Assembly: GCA_024679065.1 (NCBI GenBank)
Contig: JAGIQG010000012.1
Coordinates: forward strand, 53,196,001-53,260,000
DNA: 64,000 bases
Source of the DNA: Sphyrna mokarran
Lineage: Eukaryota
Direction of reading: 5' to 3'
Under the pieces are notes generated by a model. That model saw only the letters and a list, made by a program, of their open reading frames with translations. It did not search any database and was not told where the DNA came from. A program made the position numbers and the translations under genes. Each line of letters opens with the position of its first letter. Positions within the stretch are counted from its first letter, which is position 1. Below are positions 11,785 to 25,416 of this stretch, in pieces.

Positions 11785-13416
11785 AATAGTGCAGGATGAG
11801 ATGGCCCTGAGTTTCTTTATACCAGGATTCTTCCAGAACATATTTGCATTACAGATCCTCCAATTTGCTGTCCATTGCTTCATCAGAAAGTTGAAAGTGA
11901 TTTTTTAAGCCAGAGATGGGATTTCATTTTGCTCTCTCTGAACAGAAAAAAGCAAATAGTTTTACCCGGATAGCCAACTTCCCCTGACTGCTTGCACGTG
12001 TGTTAGTGAGCATGGTATCTCTATGCTGAAATTTACATCACAAAGACTATCGATCACTTAATGTGAGACCACATGCAGTTCATCATTTCAATGAGTGTAC
12101 CCTCTCTTGCCAGCAGGAATGATGCATTCATTCTGTACCAACAATCTGTGTTTCATCAACCTTTCTAGTTAGGAATTGGAGGCACATGATTTACAAGATG
12201 TATCCGTTGTACGCCTGGGTCATGACTGCCCTGCACAACCCAACCACACATGGCTTCTACACATATAATGAAAGCTACATTTTCTTTGATTGCTCTGGAG
12301 AAACTGTCCAGCATGCATGGCAGTTTACTGCATTCTCCGCAACCTGTCCATCATGAGGGCACAGTATTTGCTAACAGGGACTTGGTGACCATCACAGGAG
12401 GAGGAAGAAGAGAAGCAGGAGGCAGAGGAGGAGGAAAAAAGAGAAGGCAGACAGCTTATCCAGGTTCCAGATGGGCTGTTGCCCTTCTTTGACTCCAGTT
12501 CCTGTGAATACAACCTGGAACTCCCATAGCTTAATAGTCCCATACCTTCTTGTCCCTCTGTTGGAGCATCTTATTGTCCCCATGGCTACAATGCTCAAAT
12601 AAAACCCTCCACAAACCCTCCCACCATCTCACACTAACTTTAGCCACCAAGATAACTAATATCCTATACAGAATTAAAGTAATCATTTTTGTGCATTCGC
12701 TAACTGCTTGTTTTGTAGGAGTCTTTGTTTTGCTCCAGTGCTCCTATAGAGTGCTCTCCCTGAGGCTGCAGCATGGCTGGTGGAAGGCTGCTGACTTTTA
12801 GACAAGAGGACAGCAGATGGCCTTGGAGGATGAACAGATCTGGGCCTTGAGGGTCCAGTTCTGGAGTGCACCACATCGGCACGAGTGGCAATAAATCTGA
12901 GCTCTCTGTCTGACTGGTGCTGGTGGAGTGGAGCGATGGAAACACAAATGTGTTATACCAAGATAACATGGTAGGTTTGTTCCCTATGGAGCCACTGCCT
13001 CTTCCCACTGCAGTACAGATTGCTGGATTGCCATGAATTCCTGCATGCCTCTTTCAACATCAGTATGAAGTTCTGACAGTAGCAGTTTATGCCCATGAGA
13101 CCCTGATTAGATTGCATGACCTCAGTCTGAACGCTTTCTGCAGCATTCAGACGTTGGGAGGCTTCTGCTTAAAATGCAATGGAAGCTGAGACATCAGCCA
13201 TTAGATGTTGCAACGTAATCAGGTCCATGTTCTACAGCCATATACCAAGTTACAGCTGATTTCTCTGTACTCCTTGGCAGTGATGGTAAACTTCCAAATG
13301 GATCAACGAGCAAGCATTTCTGTGTTCCAACATCAACTCAGTCCTCCAGGGAACCGGCTTTCCCTTGTTTGGTTCCAGCTCACTGGTGTCCAATAAATCA
13401 CCATGTGCTGTGATTA

Positions 13417-13527
13417 TTTGACAAAGTTTTGTCAAAGGGTCATCTGGACTTGAAATGTCCAGCTCCTTCCTCTCCATACCGATGCTGCCAGATCTGCTGA
13501 GATTTTCCAGCATTTTCTCTTTTGGTG
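13417..13527 (+). mobile_element. Short Penelope-terminus-derived insert (second family) with decayed hammerhead core
   Basis: AGGGTCATCTGGACTTGAAATGT..GATGCTGCCAGATCTGCTGAGATTTTCCAGCATTTTCTCTTTTGG; same family at 33474-33570 (-) and 4145-4190. Confidence 0.6.
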
Positions 13528-15099
13528 GCAGGAAAGTGGAGTTGAGGCTGATATGAGATCAGCCATGATTGAGTTAAATGGCGAAAAGGTTGGAGGAGCT
13601 AAATTGTCTACTCCTGTTCATATTCCTTATGATTCTTATGAATAATGATGTTTATTTTTCTCCCTCTCAGACTTCAACGTCCCCTACCACTTCCTAGTCA
13701 GATGGCAGCCCTTGGGCATTTAAAGGAGAGGAGCATAAGGGTAAGGCTGCAGTGAGGGGACAGGTAAAAAGGCCAGAGATCTCTGCAGCTTACTGAAGAT
13801 GTGAGAAAGTGATAGGTGCATACCACCATCCTTAATGGTTTCAGCTCCTTTGCTAGGCACTGTTTTTGTGTGGCTGTGAAAATGCTAGGAACATCTCCTT
13901 CAAGGGACTAAGGATATGCATCTATGCTTGGTCTACTGCTAGTTAACTGCTTCTGCATCCAATTGTGGATCATCTTGTCCTGCAAGAGAAAATGATGTGC
14001 ATCAGTGACTGTGGTGCAATATGTTTGGGTGACATGTCACATCACAGCTATATTGCTGGTTGTGTAGACAAGCTGTGCAATGTGAATGTATAGCTAGCTT
14101 GCAGCAGTGCTAAGTTTGTGAAGGTAAGGCAAGGCTCTGAATCTGAAGGGTGTGACTTGATTGATAGAGATTGCTGGTAGTTGAGTGAAGAGGATGTAAA
14201 TTGAGCAATATTTGAATTGTGCAATTGATAGAATATGACACTTAAAGATATATTAATTGATGCCAATCACTTATGTAAATCATAAAACCTATTGCAATCC
14301 TGCACTCAAGACATCAAGGCTAAACTGTTGGAAATAACTGTGACAACTAACTGTTCCCACTGCCATCTTGCCATCTGACTGGAAGACCTCCTGGGCACTT
14401 GAGGGAATAGGACTTATTACCTCCAGCATTGCATCAGAGCACATTCTCTCACCTGTTTTTCAATGCTTTCTTGCTTTTTAATTACTCTTTCAAAACTTCC
14501 AGTTCCTGCTGCAATCAGAATACATCTCACTTTTTAGTGCAAGCTTAAGTGTACAAGCCTTGCATGAACTTGGCCCCCCTGCTGAGATGTGCTGCCACTC
14601 AACAGTGCTTTCGCTGCTAGGCTGCATGCCACTATGATAATAATTAGCTGGCAGCACAAAGTGTGCCTTCTACTAGCATTATTTTGAATGGATATTGATC
14701 ACCTGTGCATCATTCTTCCTGTGGCTAATTTTTCCCCCAAGGGTTTTCAATGGAAGAAGCTTGGGCCATCAAAATTCAGTCTTATAGTGGATTTAAGCTA
14801 AAGACTCAAAACTAATCCAGATACATATCAATTGCAATTTCACTGGAGTAAATAGAATAGTAGTAAAATAGTGATGGGGATCAGGCATGTTAATGAAGCA
14901 AAGTAGCAGGGGGAACCTTTACTGTGCACCTAATTGTACCATACTCAGATTGGAAGTGCTGGACACTGGATGACTGAGTGGAAAGAATTCCATTCCCTGG
15001 AACAGATGTCCTTCCCTTGCTGAACATCAAAATCTGATCATCCATGGTAGTCATCGTAATAATAACCTTTATTGGATTTCTTGATGATTATCTTATATT

Positions 15100-16000
15100 G
15101 ACAGCCTCTTTAGTTAGCCTATTTCACACAAAAGGAAACATTCTATCTGTAACCTTTCTATCAACATTATTCATAATTTTAAAGAGTTCTATTAGATCAC
15201 CCTTCAGCCTTCTTTTTTCAGTAGAAAAGAAACAGATCCTATCAATCCTTTCCTGATAGGTATAGCCACACGTTTCTGGTACCATCATTGGAAATCTTAT
15301 TTGTTCTCTCTCCAGTGCTTCTATGTCCTTTTTATAATATGGTGACCAGAACTGAATGCAGTACTCTTTAACGTGGTCTAAACAAAGTTCAATTGATGTC
15401 TAGCAAACTTCCCCACTTTTCAATTTTATCCCTCTAGAAATCTAGTGTTTGGTTTACTTTCTTTATACCCTTCTTAACCTGAGTTGTAACTTTTAGTGAT
15501 GGATGTATTTGCGTTCCAAGATCCTTTGTCTTGTTATCCTACCTAATCCTTCACCTTCCGAGTAATAAGTAACCTTTCTATTCTTCCTGCCAAAATTTAC
15601 TATTTCACATTTGTCTGTGTTGAACTTTGTTTTCCAATTATTTTCCCATTCTGCAAGTCTATTAACGTCCTCCTATAATTTGCAGTGTTCCTCCTCAGTA
15701 TTGACTAACCCCCACTACATTAAATTAGTGTCATCTGCAAATTTGAAAATTATGTCTTCGATTCTAAAGTCCAGATCATTAATGTAAATTGTGAAGAACA
15801 GTGAGTCCAGCACTGACCTTTGAGGAACATTACTTTCCACCTCCTGTCACTCTGAACAACTATCCTTTATTCCCACTGTCTGTGTGCCATTTTCAAACCA
15901 GCTAGCAGGCCATTTTGCCACTTGTCCTCTGACTCCACATTCTCTATCATTATTCTTAGTCTATTATGGGGCACTTATTATGCGGCCCTTTGAAAATTTG
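15100..16000 (-). mobile_element. Old CR1 LINE RT fragment
   Basis: GTGTCATCTGCAAATTT (KFADDT on minus strand) and ..GACCAGAACTG..CAGTACTC motifs. Confidence 0.8.
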
Positions 16001-16629
16001 ACTAAATAACCTACCAATGTATTCAGTCATCAGCAGGAAGGTATCATCTGGTATTTAGATCTGGCTGGTGATATTGAGGTGGGTACACTTCGTCTGTTTT
16101 TGAAACCACCTAGATCTGTTAGTATGTAATTTTTTTTCACCTTATAATACTTGAACCAGGGAATACAGTGTTCGGGCTATTGGCAAAGAGTTTTTTATTT
16201 ATATTGAAATGAATTAATGCTGGCTATCTGTGGAGAGCTTCGTGAGCTGCTTAGTATTTGATGCACTTTCTGTTTTACTCCATTAATATTGTATTGACTT
16301 ACCATACCAGATGAGACTTTGCAACTTGTAATTGCTATCATTCTCTCCGCTGCAGTGTAAAGAATCTCTTTTTATGCTGCTTCCTCTTTCCTGTCTCCCT
16401 GTTTGTTGAGTTGTCCAACTGTACCAACTGCAATTGACTTCAGGTAATTTTATAAATAAGATTAGTGTAATTGCCTCCCTTATTATGAAGGCAAAATTGC
16501 AGAAGAAAGCTCAGAAAAATTGAAAACAAAATGTAAAAATAAACATTGCAAAACATGACCTTGCGTGATTTAGGTGAGTGTCAGATTTGGCTCAGTGATA
16601 ATAGTTTCATCTCATGGTAAGAAGACAAT

Positions 16630-16836
16630 GGGTAGGATTTTCCGGCTTCCCTGCGGTTTGTTTTCCAGCGGTGGAAGCGGATCGCCATTGGCCACCGGTG
16701 GGATCTTCCTGTCCCACCAATATCTACAGCACTTTGTGTGGCTTGTCTATCCTGCCATCAGGGAACCTGCTGTGGATGGGTGTCTTCAGTGGGACTAGAT
16801 GATCTCGCCGGTGGGAAGGGCTGGAAAATCCCATTC
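16630..16836. mobile_element. PIF/Harbinger-superfamily MITE (~207 bp)
   Basis: TIRs GGGTAGGATTTTCC / GGAAAATCCCATTC; flanks AAT and ATT. Confidence 0.75.
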
Positions 16837-16839
16837 ATT

Positions 16840-17160
16840 GAGGCTAACATTAAGGATCTGAGCACAAGCCTCAGGCGAGCACTTCAATGGGAAGTGCTGC
16901 ACCTTAGGTGGTGCTATTTTTTCACTTGAAGCATTGACCTTAGGTCCTCCCCTACCCTATAAGGTGGATGTGAAAGATTTCATAGTGTCGTCTGAAGAAA
17001 AGCAAAGTAGATCAATGCCTGTCCTGGTTCAGCCCAGATTAATTGGTCATCTATCTTATTATCTCACTGAATGCAAATAGCTGCTGCATTTTCTTAAACC
17101 ACAACATTAATCAAAGTTCAAAATCAAAGTTCATTGGCTGTGAAGCATTTTTTGGGGTTA
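16840..17160 (+). mobile_element. Deu-domain SINE, decayed
   Basis: GGAAGTGCTGCAC..GGTGGATGTGAAAGAT..TTCATTGGCTGTGAAGCATTTT. Confidence 0.55.
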
Positions 17161-17207
17161 CTGAGTATATAGATTTCTACAATGCAGAAAGAAGTCATTT
17201 GACCCAT

Positions 17208-17336
17208 AGGCCTAATTGTACTGTCCTGCCCACCACGGGAATTGGAGTAGGTGGGAGGGATGGACCATCGAAAGGTCTGTTGATCCCAGGTGGAATTTTA
17301 CAGTTTTGGGACGAGCAAGGCCATAAAATCCCGCTT
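17208..17336. mobile_element. ~130-bp MITE inserted into an HE1/CR1 tail fragment
   Basis: Interrupts GACCCAT|..TTGAGTCT; homologous to 21410, 22812, 31388 and 36496. Confidence 0.75.
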
Positions 17337-17430
17337 TTTGAGTCTATACAACTCTCTGACAAAGCATCCCACTCATGCCCTCTCCATGTAACCCCACTCA
17401 TTCCCTCTAATCAATACATCATAGGACACC

Positions 17431-17733
17431 AAAGCTTATTTATTATTAAAGCTTATTTATTAGCATCACAAGTAGATTTACATTAACATTGCAATGAAGT
17501 TACTGCAAAAATCCCTTAGTCGCCATACTCCATCACCTGTTCGGATACACTGAGGGAGAATTTAGCATGGTCAACACACCTATCCGGCATGTCTTTCAGA
17601 CTGTGGGAGGAAACTGGAGCACTCAGAGGAAGCCCCCACAGACACAGAGAGAACGTGCAGACAGCGTACGACAGCAACCCAAACTGGGAATCGAACCTGT
17701 GTCCTGGCTAACCATTGTGCCACACTGCCACCC
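17431..17733 (-). mobile_element. V-SINE type B
   Basis: Head, V core and alternative tail with duplicated AAAGCTTATTTATTA. Confidence 0.87.
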
Positions 17734-18039
17734 ACTAGCTACTGATACCACTAACACTATGAAAGGCATATATAAATGTTAAGGGCATTGAGCATGGCAC
17801 TTACCTTTACATCTGCTCCAGATGACTGAGCATCCAACCTGGTAATAAATGGATGGAATTTCATTCAAAGACATTTAAGCATGTTAACATGTGTGGTCAT
17901 TAAGGTCTAAAGAGTAAACAGCTAACTAGGGGGTTGTGTACAATGTGGATCAAGTTGATCTGGCTAAATTGACTCTCTGTGAATTAAACCAATTCTTACA
18001 TGCCTGATACACCAGAGAGGAACCAATCTGCCCAAACAG

Positions 18040-18620
18040 AAATTTCATCACCTTAGCCAACATCATACACAGAACGACAAGTGACAAGTAATATTTGCAT
18101 CACACAAGTGCCAGGTGATGATCATATCCTAGCAAAAGAGAATCTAAACATCTCTCTTTGATATCCAAAGGCATTACCATCGCAGAGACCCCATCATCAA
18201 CATCTTTGGGATTACCACTGACTAGAAACTGAACTGGACCAGACATAAAATACTGCGGCTATAAGAGCAGGTCAGGAATTAGGAATTCTGCAGGAGGCAA
18301 CTCACACTTTGATTCCCAAATTTGTCCATAATCTACAAGTGACAAATCAGGTGTGCCCTGGAATGCTCTCCACTTACCTGGATGAATGTGGCTCCAACAA
18401 CAATCAGGACATCTAGGACAAAGCAGGGAGCTTGACTGGCATCCGACATTTTGAATATTCAATCCCTCCATCACGAGTGCACTGTTGTGGCAGTGTCCAT
18501 CATCTATACAATGAGAGACAGCAATTCACCAAGACTCCTCTAATTGCATCTCCGTATCCTGCAACCTCTACCACCTTGAGGGACAAAGGCACCAGATGCA
18601 CTGGAACACCTGCAAGTACT
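18040..18620 (+). mobile_element. Old CR1/L2-group LINE 3' fragment
   Basis: CACAAGTGCCAGG..GAAACTGAACTGGACC..TCTCCACTTACCTGGATG pattern of decayed RT C-terminus. Confidence 0.6.
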
Positions 18621-20115
18621 ACCCCAATGCATTTTTGTAAAGTAGAAAATTCTGTAAAAAGACCAGAAAGTTAATCATGTAATATTTTAATTCATAAAAA
18701 CACAGGGGGAAAAGAAATTAAGCTTTGAAATTATGCCATGCCTTATGAATGTACACATACTTAATACATTCATCTGAAAGTATTATTACTTTTTAATGAA
18801 TGGTTTAATTATTCTTTTGAAATAGGAGTGTAGTAATTGCAGATTACTGTCCTCTTTAATGAATACCTCAGACCATCATTCCAGGCTAAGAATTCCAATT
18901 TTTTTTCTCAGTTTGTAGAACTCGGTTTGTTGGGTTTAAGCAGCAGCTCTCTTATATCTAAGCGTAAATAATGATACTGGTTAGTTACATAAGGTTGGTA
19001 AGAATCTGAGGGCTGAATTTTGGCCAAAAGATGATGGGATGAGAGGTGGGAGAGGTGCCAAAATAGTGGGAGGAGGCGTAGGGAGGGTACTCTGATGTTT
19101 TCCTGCTGGCTTGTCATTATTCCAGCAATGAGGAGGTTGGTGGCAGCCAATTGCTCTCCTTAAATGACCAATTGAGAGCCACTTTCCACCTCTGCAGGCA
19201 TTTTGCAGGCACTCAAAGGCCCACCGCTCTGTGATGTGACTATTACTTTGTGGACACCGCATGGCTCAGGAAGGCAATATACCACCCTCTGGTTGATTCT
19301 TAATTAGCATCTTAATTGGCAATATACCACCACCACCAATTGATTGGATTGGCTCCTGCTTCCAGCTCTGGCAATGGGACTTCACTATTAATGACAAAGC
19401 AACCTTATATTCATTAAATGAGAATATAATTAGGACTAGTGTGCTTGTGAAGTTAGATTGGAATTTTCTCCACTTGTGTGGGAGGTGCATCCGGCAGCAT
19501 ATCCTGACAGGAAGCAGTCAATTGATTGGCTGCTTGAGCGTTTGCTGTCAAATTAAGGATGGTGGGTGTGGGAGGTCTGATGGATGGCTGGCAACTCCTG
19601 GTGTCTTCTTGGTGAACCCCTTCTTTGTGTCCCTTCACCTAAATTGATTGATTGATTGATTTCCAATGGCTTGCAATTCCCAGTACAGAGTATTCACTCT
19701 GAGTGCCAGTGACCCCGGCACTCCACTTTATATGTCTGTAGAGCTCTCTGATAGGGCAGTCTTAACAGGCCTCAATTAGGGACCCTCTTTTAGTGTACAA
19801 CAGGCCACAATTAGAGAGCTCATATTCCAGCAGGTCCAACTCATCGACCTAATTGAAGTCATTACAATCCAATGGGAGAGATGTGAGGGCATATCAAACT
19901 GGAAACACTGCTGGAAGGCTGCAGAGAGCAGTTCAAAGTGAAAGCCAGGTGCTTCAGTCATCCACAGAGTTGCTTTAGACCACAGCTGCGGTCCACTTCA
20001 GCCTTGTGGTCCTGATAGCGACATGGACAGCAGGCCACTGATGCTCCTCTAATCTTATGCCATGAGACTGCCTCTGTTGCGTAGCTGGGTTCCTGACAAA
20101 GCAAGAATTACATGC

Positions 20116-20715
20116 ACAAAGAACAAAGAAAATTACAGCACAGGAATAGGCCCTTCGGCCCTTCAAGCCTGCATTGACCATGCTGCCTGTGTGAATTAAA
20201 ACACCCTAATGTTCCGGAGTCAATATTCCTCTATTCCCACCCATTTCACATATTTGCCAAGACATCGCTTAAAAATCACTATTGTGTCTGCTTCCACTAC
20301 CACCCATGACAGCGAGGTCCTGGCACCCACCATCCTCTGTATAAAAAACTTGTCTTGAACATCTCCTGTAAATCTTGCCCTCGTACCTTAAAGCTAGGCT
20401 CCCTAGTAATTGACTTTCCCACCCTGGGAAAAAGCTTCTGACTATCCATGCCCCTCATAATATTGTAGACTTCTATATAGACTCCCCTCAACCTCCGTTA
20501 TTCCAGTAAGAACAAATCAAGTTTCTCCAACCTCTTCTCATAGCTAATGCCCCCAATACCAGGCAATATCCTGGTAAATCTTTCCATACCCTCTCCAAAG
20601 CCTCCATATCCTTCTTGTAGTGAGCGACCAGAATTGAACACTATATCCCAAGTGAGGCTTAACTAAGGTTCTGTAAAACTGCAACTTGACTTGCCAGTTT
20701 TTAAACTTAATGCAC
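20116..20715 (-). mobile_element. CR1 LINE 3' end
   Basis: LQFYRTLVKPHLGYSVQFWS peptide; (TTCTTTG)n tail. Confidence 0.9.
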
Positions 20716-21409
20716 CTTCTGTGGGATTGCATTGCTGTATACAATTAAGGGTTATTTGCTGCTTTACATATTGGCTAGCCATTGCAGACAGATGGGCGAT
20801 CATTGCCCCAGGGAAACCGTCTCTGGAGAAATCTCCACCCATAGGGAGTTCAAGAGTGCAAACTTTGAAGGAATGTGAAAATAGGTGAAATAAAGAGTTT
20901 ATTACAACACAATTCTGGTTACAAAGTCTGTAATTGAAAAGTAGGATTTATTAAAAAAATGTTTGTAATGCTGCAATAGAAATTTTATTCAGCCAAATCA
21001 AAAGGATTAATCAGCAAGAGAGGCTGCTGCACTTAAGGAGGAATAGAAAATGTATTATAAACATCCAAGCACACAAGAAATGCAGTAAGCAAGAGGACTG
21101 AATACATTGTAAACACAAGTAAAACAGGATGGTAAAAGAAAAGCCAAGATAAACAGTGAATTGTCTCAAGTTACAATAAAGGAATCTTCAAATAAGAATA
21201 TACTGAACATAGAATAGAGGATAGTTAAAAAGAAATGGAATGTGTGTAGAAAAAAAAGTTTTAAATAATTAATTAACCAATCAATATATCTTTCTGCAGG
21301 AAGAGAGGATTAAGTAGCATAAATCAGACACCATTTTCTGAGAACAACAGAAGAACAACTAGAGAGTCTGGGGCTTGTTGTGAGGTGTGTTCTTTTATGT
21401 CACACACAT

Positions 21410-21538
21410 CGGCTGGAATTTTACCGTCCCGCCCGCCCCGGGAAACTGAGCAGGCAAGGAGTGGACCATTGAAAATTCCATTAACCTCAGGTAGGATTTT
21501 ATGGTTTTGGGAACAGCAAGGCAGTAAAATACCACCTG
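21410..21538. mobile_element. ~130-bp MITE, AT duplication
   Basis: CAT|CGGCTGGAATTTT..AAAATACCACCTG|ATG. Confidence 0.8.
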
Positions 21539-22811
21539 ATGTGACGAACTTTGTTCGAATACAGACTGTGGAGATACTCTGGTATCTGCTTAACTTTTTT
21601 ACTGCTATATGTCAATAGTTTAGACTCGAGAGAGGATGTAAGATATGACTGATTAATGTTAGTGATATATCATTATTTACTTCAAACATCAATATATCCC
21701 AACCCTTATTCTATACCTCTCCCCAAATATACTATCTGCAACATGCAAGAGAGCATTCAGTACTGCAACAGATTCTTCCTCATCACGCTTTAGGATGAGC
21801 CAATCCAGAACCAGCAGGTCTTCAAGGCAATGGCCATCATTAGCCGCAGTGCTTTCTGCATCCTCCGCCTCCAGCCTAACTTCAAGATTACCTGAGAGAT
21901 TTATAGGTTTCACATCTCCCCTGGATCTTGTGGGTGGTGCCTCCATGAAAGAAAATTTACAGCTGAGCATATATAAACTTTCTCAGCTTCTAAATTTCTA
22001 CTGCTTTGAATATAAAGCAGCGAGTCGTCTGAATGATAAACATCTGTTGCTTTATCTATTATTCCTACAAGTGTAACACCCTCACCACTTACCAGGCATG
22101 TACGCTGAGTAGGTAGATAGTATTTACAGAGTGGGTAGGAGCTCATTGGCAAGATTCCAACTCCTGTCTCTCTCTAGAGAGAGAGAGAAGCAGAGTCTAA
22201 CACATGCCTGACTAGTGTTAGTGGGACATTATCATCTATGTCATATATTAGCATATCCCATCCATTAACTATTTATACTATAAGGCTAATTTTACCTTTT
22301 ACTGCAATGGTGATGGATATTTGATGGAACTGTACTTCTACCATCCCTTATTTGAGCCCCTAATCCTATCGTTAAGAAACCCCACTGATGTTAGGTGATA
22401 GAGTGTTCCAACCTGAAACACTGGTTTCAGGTGCTGTATTGTATTTTTGAATTATTCGTGAGAGACATTTTCAGAAACAGCGAGAATTCAGACCTCTTTT
22501 TCCTTAAATATCAATAAAGGTATTAACGAAAATAGCAGAAAGATAATGAAACACTATAAAGAACAATCTTATACTTCAGAAAATTAAGAGTAAGCACTTA
22601 GTCCCAATTGATTATAAACAAAAAGCATCTATTTCCTCTGTAATTCTGAACTCCACTGAGACTCAAACATTTCCAAATAACACCTATAAATCAATTGGTT
22701 AAACCTAGCCAATGACAACCACACCACACAGCATAAGTGACCAGGATTTGGGAACGGTTCAGCAAAGAAAACAATCTTTTTCACAAGCTGGCTTTTGCCT
22801 TCAATACTTTG

Positions 22812-22926
22812 AGGGGGGACTTTCTGGCCACGTTCGCCCCAAGACTGGAAAATCCTGCCTGAGGTCAACAGATCTTTGCATGGTCCTGTCTTGCCCCATG
22901 GTGGGTGGGACTGGAAAATTCTGCCC
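22812..22926. mobile_element. ~130-bp MITE family copy
   Basis: GGAAAATCCTGCCTGAGGTCAA core; right TIR AAAATTCTGCCC. Confidence 0.75.
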
Positions 22927-23054
22927 TTCATCTTTCGCTGAGCTGTTTCCTGTGATGGTTGCCTCTTTCTCTGTCTTCCTCTCTCGCTGTTGTTTTTTCA
23001 GCACCTCATCTGCATCTATCTACTGCTTCCTAAACACAGCATTCTGACTCATAT

Positions 23055-23645
23055 ACAATAATAAGTCTCACAACATTAGGTTAAAGTCCAACCAGTTTAT
23101 CTGATAGTAAACCCACATGCTCTTGGAAATGCTGTTCCTTTGTCAGGTGTGGTTTACAGAATACTGATTAGAATGCGAGTCTTTACAACTAACCTGCTAT
23201 TCAAGTGTTAGAAGTACAGGCAATGTGAGTGGAGATGGCATTAAGCATAGGTTAAAGAGATGTGTATTGTCTCCAGACAGGACAGTAAGTGAGATGTTGC
23301 AAATTCAGATAAGTTTTGGGAGTTACAGATAGTGCGACATGAACCCAAGATCCCGGTTGAGGCTGTCCTCATGTGTGCAGAACTTGGCTATCAGACTCTG
23401 CTCAGTGACTCTGCACAGTCGTGTGTCATGAAGGCAGCCTTGGAGAACGTTTAACCGCAGAGCAGGGGCCAAATGCCTGTAACCGTTAAAGTGTTTGCCA
23501 ACAAGAAGTGAACAGTTTTACGTGGTGATTGTTGAGTGATGTTCATTCATCCATTGTCATAATGTTTGCATGGTCTCCCCAATGTACCATGTTTCGGGAC
23601 ATCCTTTCCTGCAGTATACCAAGTAGACAATGTTGGCCAAGTTTG
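23055..23645 (-). mobile_element. Penelope-like element 3' fragment
   Basis: Reverse complement of the 41750-42365 GIY-YIG and terminal-repeat region. Confidence 0.8.
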
Positions 23646-25416
23646 ATTCTCACCAGCAGAGATAGGGGGTGGAACCTAATCAAACTGGGAAACTGGTTCC
23701 TGAGCTCTAGGAGCACCATTGAAAGCGGCCCCATTTCCCAGTACCCCCTGCTACATCCAGCCACCCCTTCTACTCCAACCACAGACATCAGGAACCCCTA
23801 TCTTTCTGTGTCAGTCCTCCCCAAACCCCACTCTTTGCTGATCACCATCCCTGCAGTTCCCTTTCCTCCTAGTCACCTCCTCTATTGTGTTCCTGATTCC
23901 TGCCACCCTTGTATAGACCGGTGGGGGGTAGGGGTAATGCAAAGGAGCCCAGGGGCATGTTATTAATATTTAAATCTGCTTTACACTGATTTTGGATACA
24001 AAAGAAGGGGGTTGTGGGGCAATCAGAGCTCCCCAAAGAGTTGGGTAGCAGAGGAGTGTGGCCCCTGGCAGTGCCAGCTGTGCTCCCAGCACTACCCAAG
24101 CAGCAAAATACCCATGCCCAGGGGGCACCTTGGCACTGCCCACTGGACATTGAACAATGTCAAGGGGTTAGAGCCTGTTGTAGATGAGACCTAGGTTCGA
24201 TTGGTGGGGTTGGGGGTGTCCCACTGCTACCCTACATTGGGATCAATCTGGGAAGGAGAGAGGGCAGCGATTGGGGCGGGCTGGGATTGGCCTGCCTCCG
24301 TGTGGTCTAACTCTTGGGAGGAGGATCTGCCGGAGTGAGGGGGGCAGGGGGATTGCCACTGCTGGGGTTGGGATCTGGGCATCGGGGTACTCCAAGAAGG
24401 AGGGAGGGGCCAGGATTGGTGTGGGAATTGATGTGGGGGTGCAATTGGGCAAATGGGGGGGGTTGCTGGAGGGATAGCACGATGAGGGTCCCAGGCTGTC
24501 TAGCAAACAGGAATTTGACAGTTTGGGGCCAATCACATCAACAAAACAGGGCCAGGAAGATGGCTTTCGGTGTGAGACTGGTTAAGCCTCGCGAGCAATT
24601 TTTCCAGCCTGCCGCACCAGTTGATTGGTTTCAATTTTCCAAAAGTAATCTAAAAGTACTTCCATTTTAGGGAAGTAAATGGAGTAAAATTGGGTTTTTA
24701 AAGGCTAGCAATTCAAATCAATTGCTGAAACATTGCATCTGAATTATCCTCCCAAAAAGCACCAATCTCCTTGAAGGCCATCATATTCACCACATGTAGG
24801 TGATCAAGAAGTTGCGTCAAACACTCTAATGTATTACCTTTACATTCTCCAGCAAATAATTCCCACCATTATATAATGTTATCAGATTGCGGAGGTCATT
24901 TTGTGTGCTGATATGGAATACCAGTGTTACTTTACATCCTTGTAAATTCAGCTAGTGTTTTTTCCTAATTTTGGGTAAGGTATTGGTTTGCATTGTGGAT
25001 ACAGACCTCTAATGATAATATCTCTATGACACTAATGAGAGAACGAGAATGAGGATGACCCTGGTGGTTGACCATATAGGGAAGTGTGACTCTGCCATAT
25101 CCTCAAGTTTTAGACAGGCACAAGGTCACCATCTTGTGAGCACAACTCAGATTGGGTCCACAGCTGGCCAAAGCAAAAACTTGATCATACTGAAGTATGT
25201 ATGTCTGCACTACTGATGGATGAGGGTGAACAATGTGGCCACTTTATATTAAATGGGTTATCACGATATTCATGGGCAGCACGGTAGCACAGCGGTTAGC
25301 ACTGATGCTTCACAGCTCCAAGGACCTAGGTTTGATTCCCAGTTTGGATCACTGTCTGTGTGGAGTTCATGCATTTTCCTCATGTCTGGGTGGGTTTCCT
25401 CCGGGTGCTCCGGTTT

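Larger units (their letters stand above)
10650..14782 (+). mobile_element. Decayed autonomous PIF/Harbinger DNA transposon: HARBI1-like DDE transposase (+) and convergent Myb/SANT ORF (-)
   Basis: Plus strand 11060-12490: MGAIV..RRPY..YLHLSQE.CV..L.FT, then QFAVHC, RIANFP, DCLHV, SLNV, DAFIL, YPL..W.MT..HNP and an acidic tail. Minus strand 14260-14450: SDAMLEV..WEQL..V.SNS..QDC.RF.DL. Right TIR-like AAAATTCAGTCT ends at 14782; left end uncertain. Confidence 0.78.

Noticed and set aside
11517-11883. ORFs containing long X runs
   Set aside because: Artefacts of the N gap.
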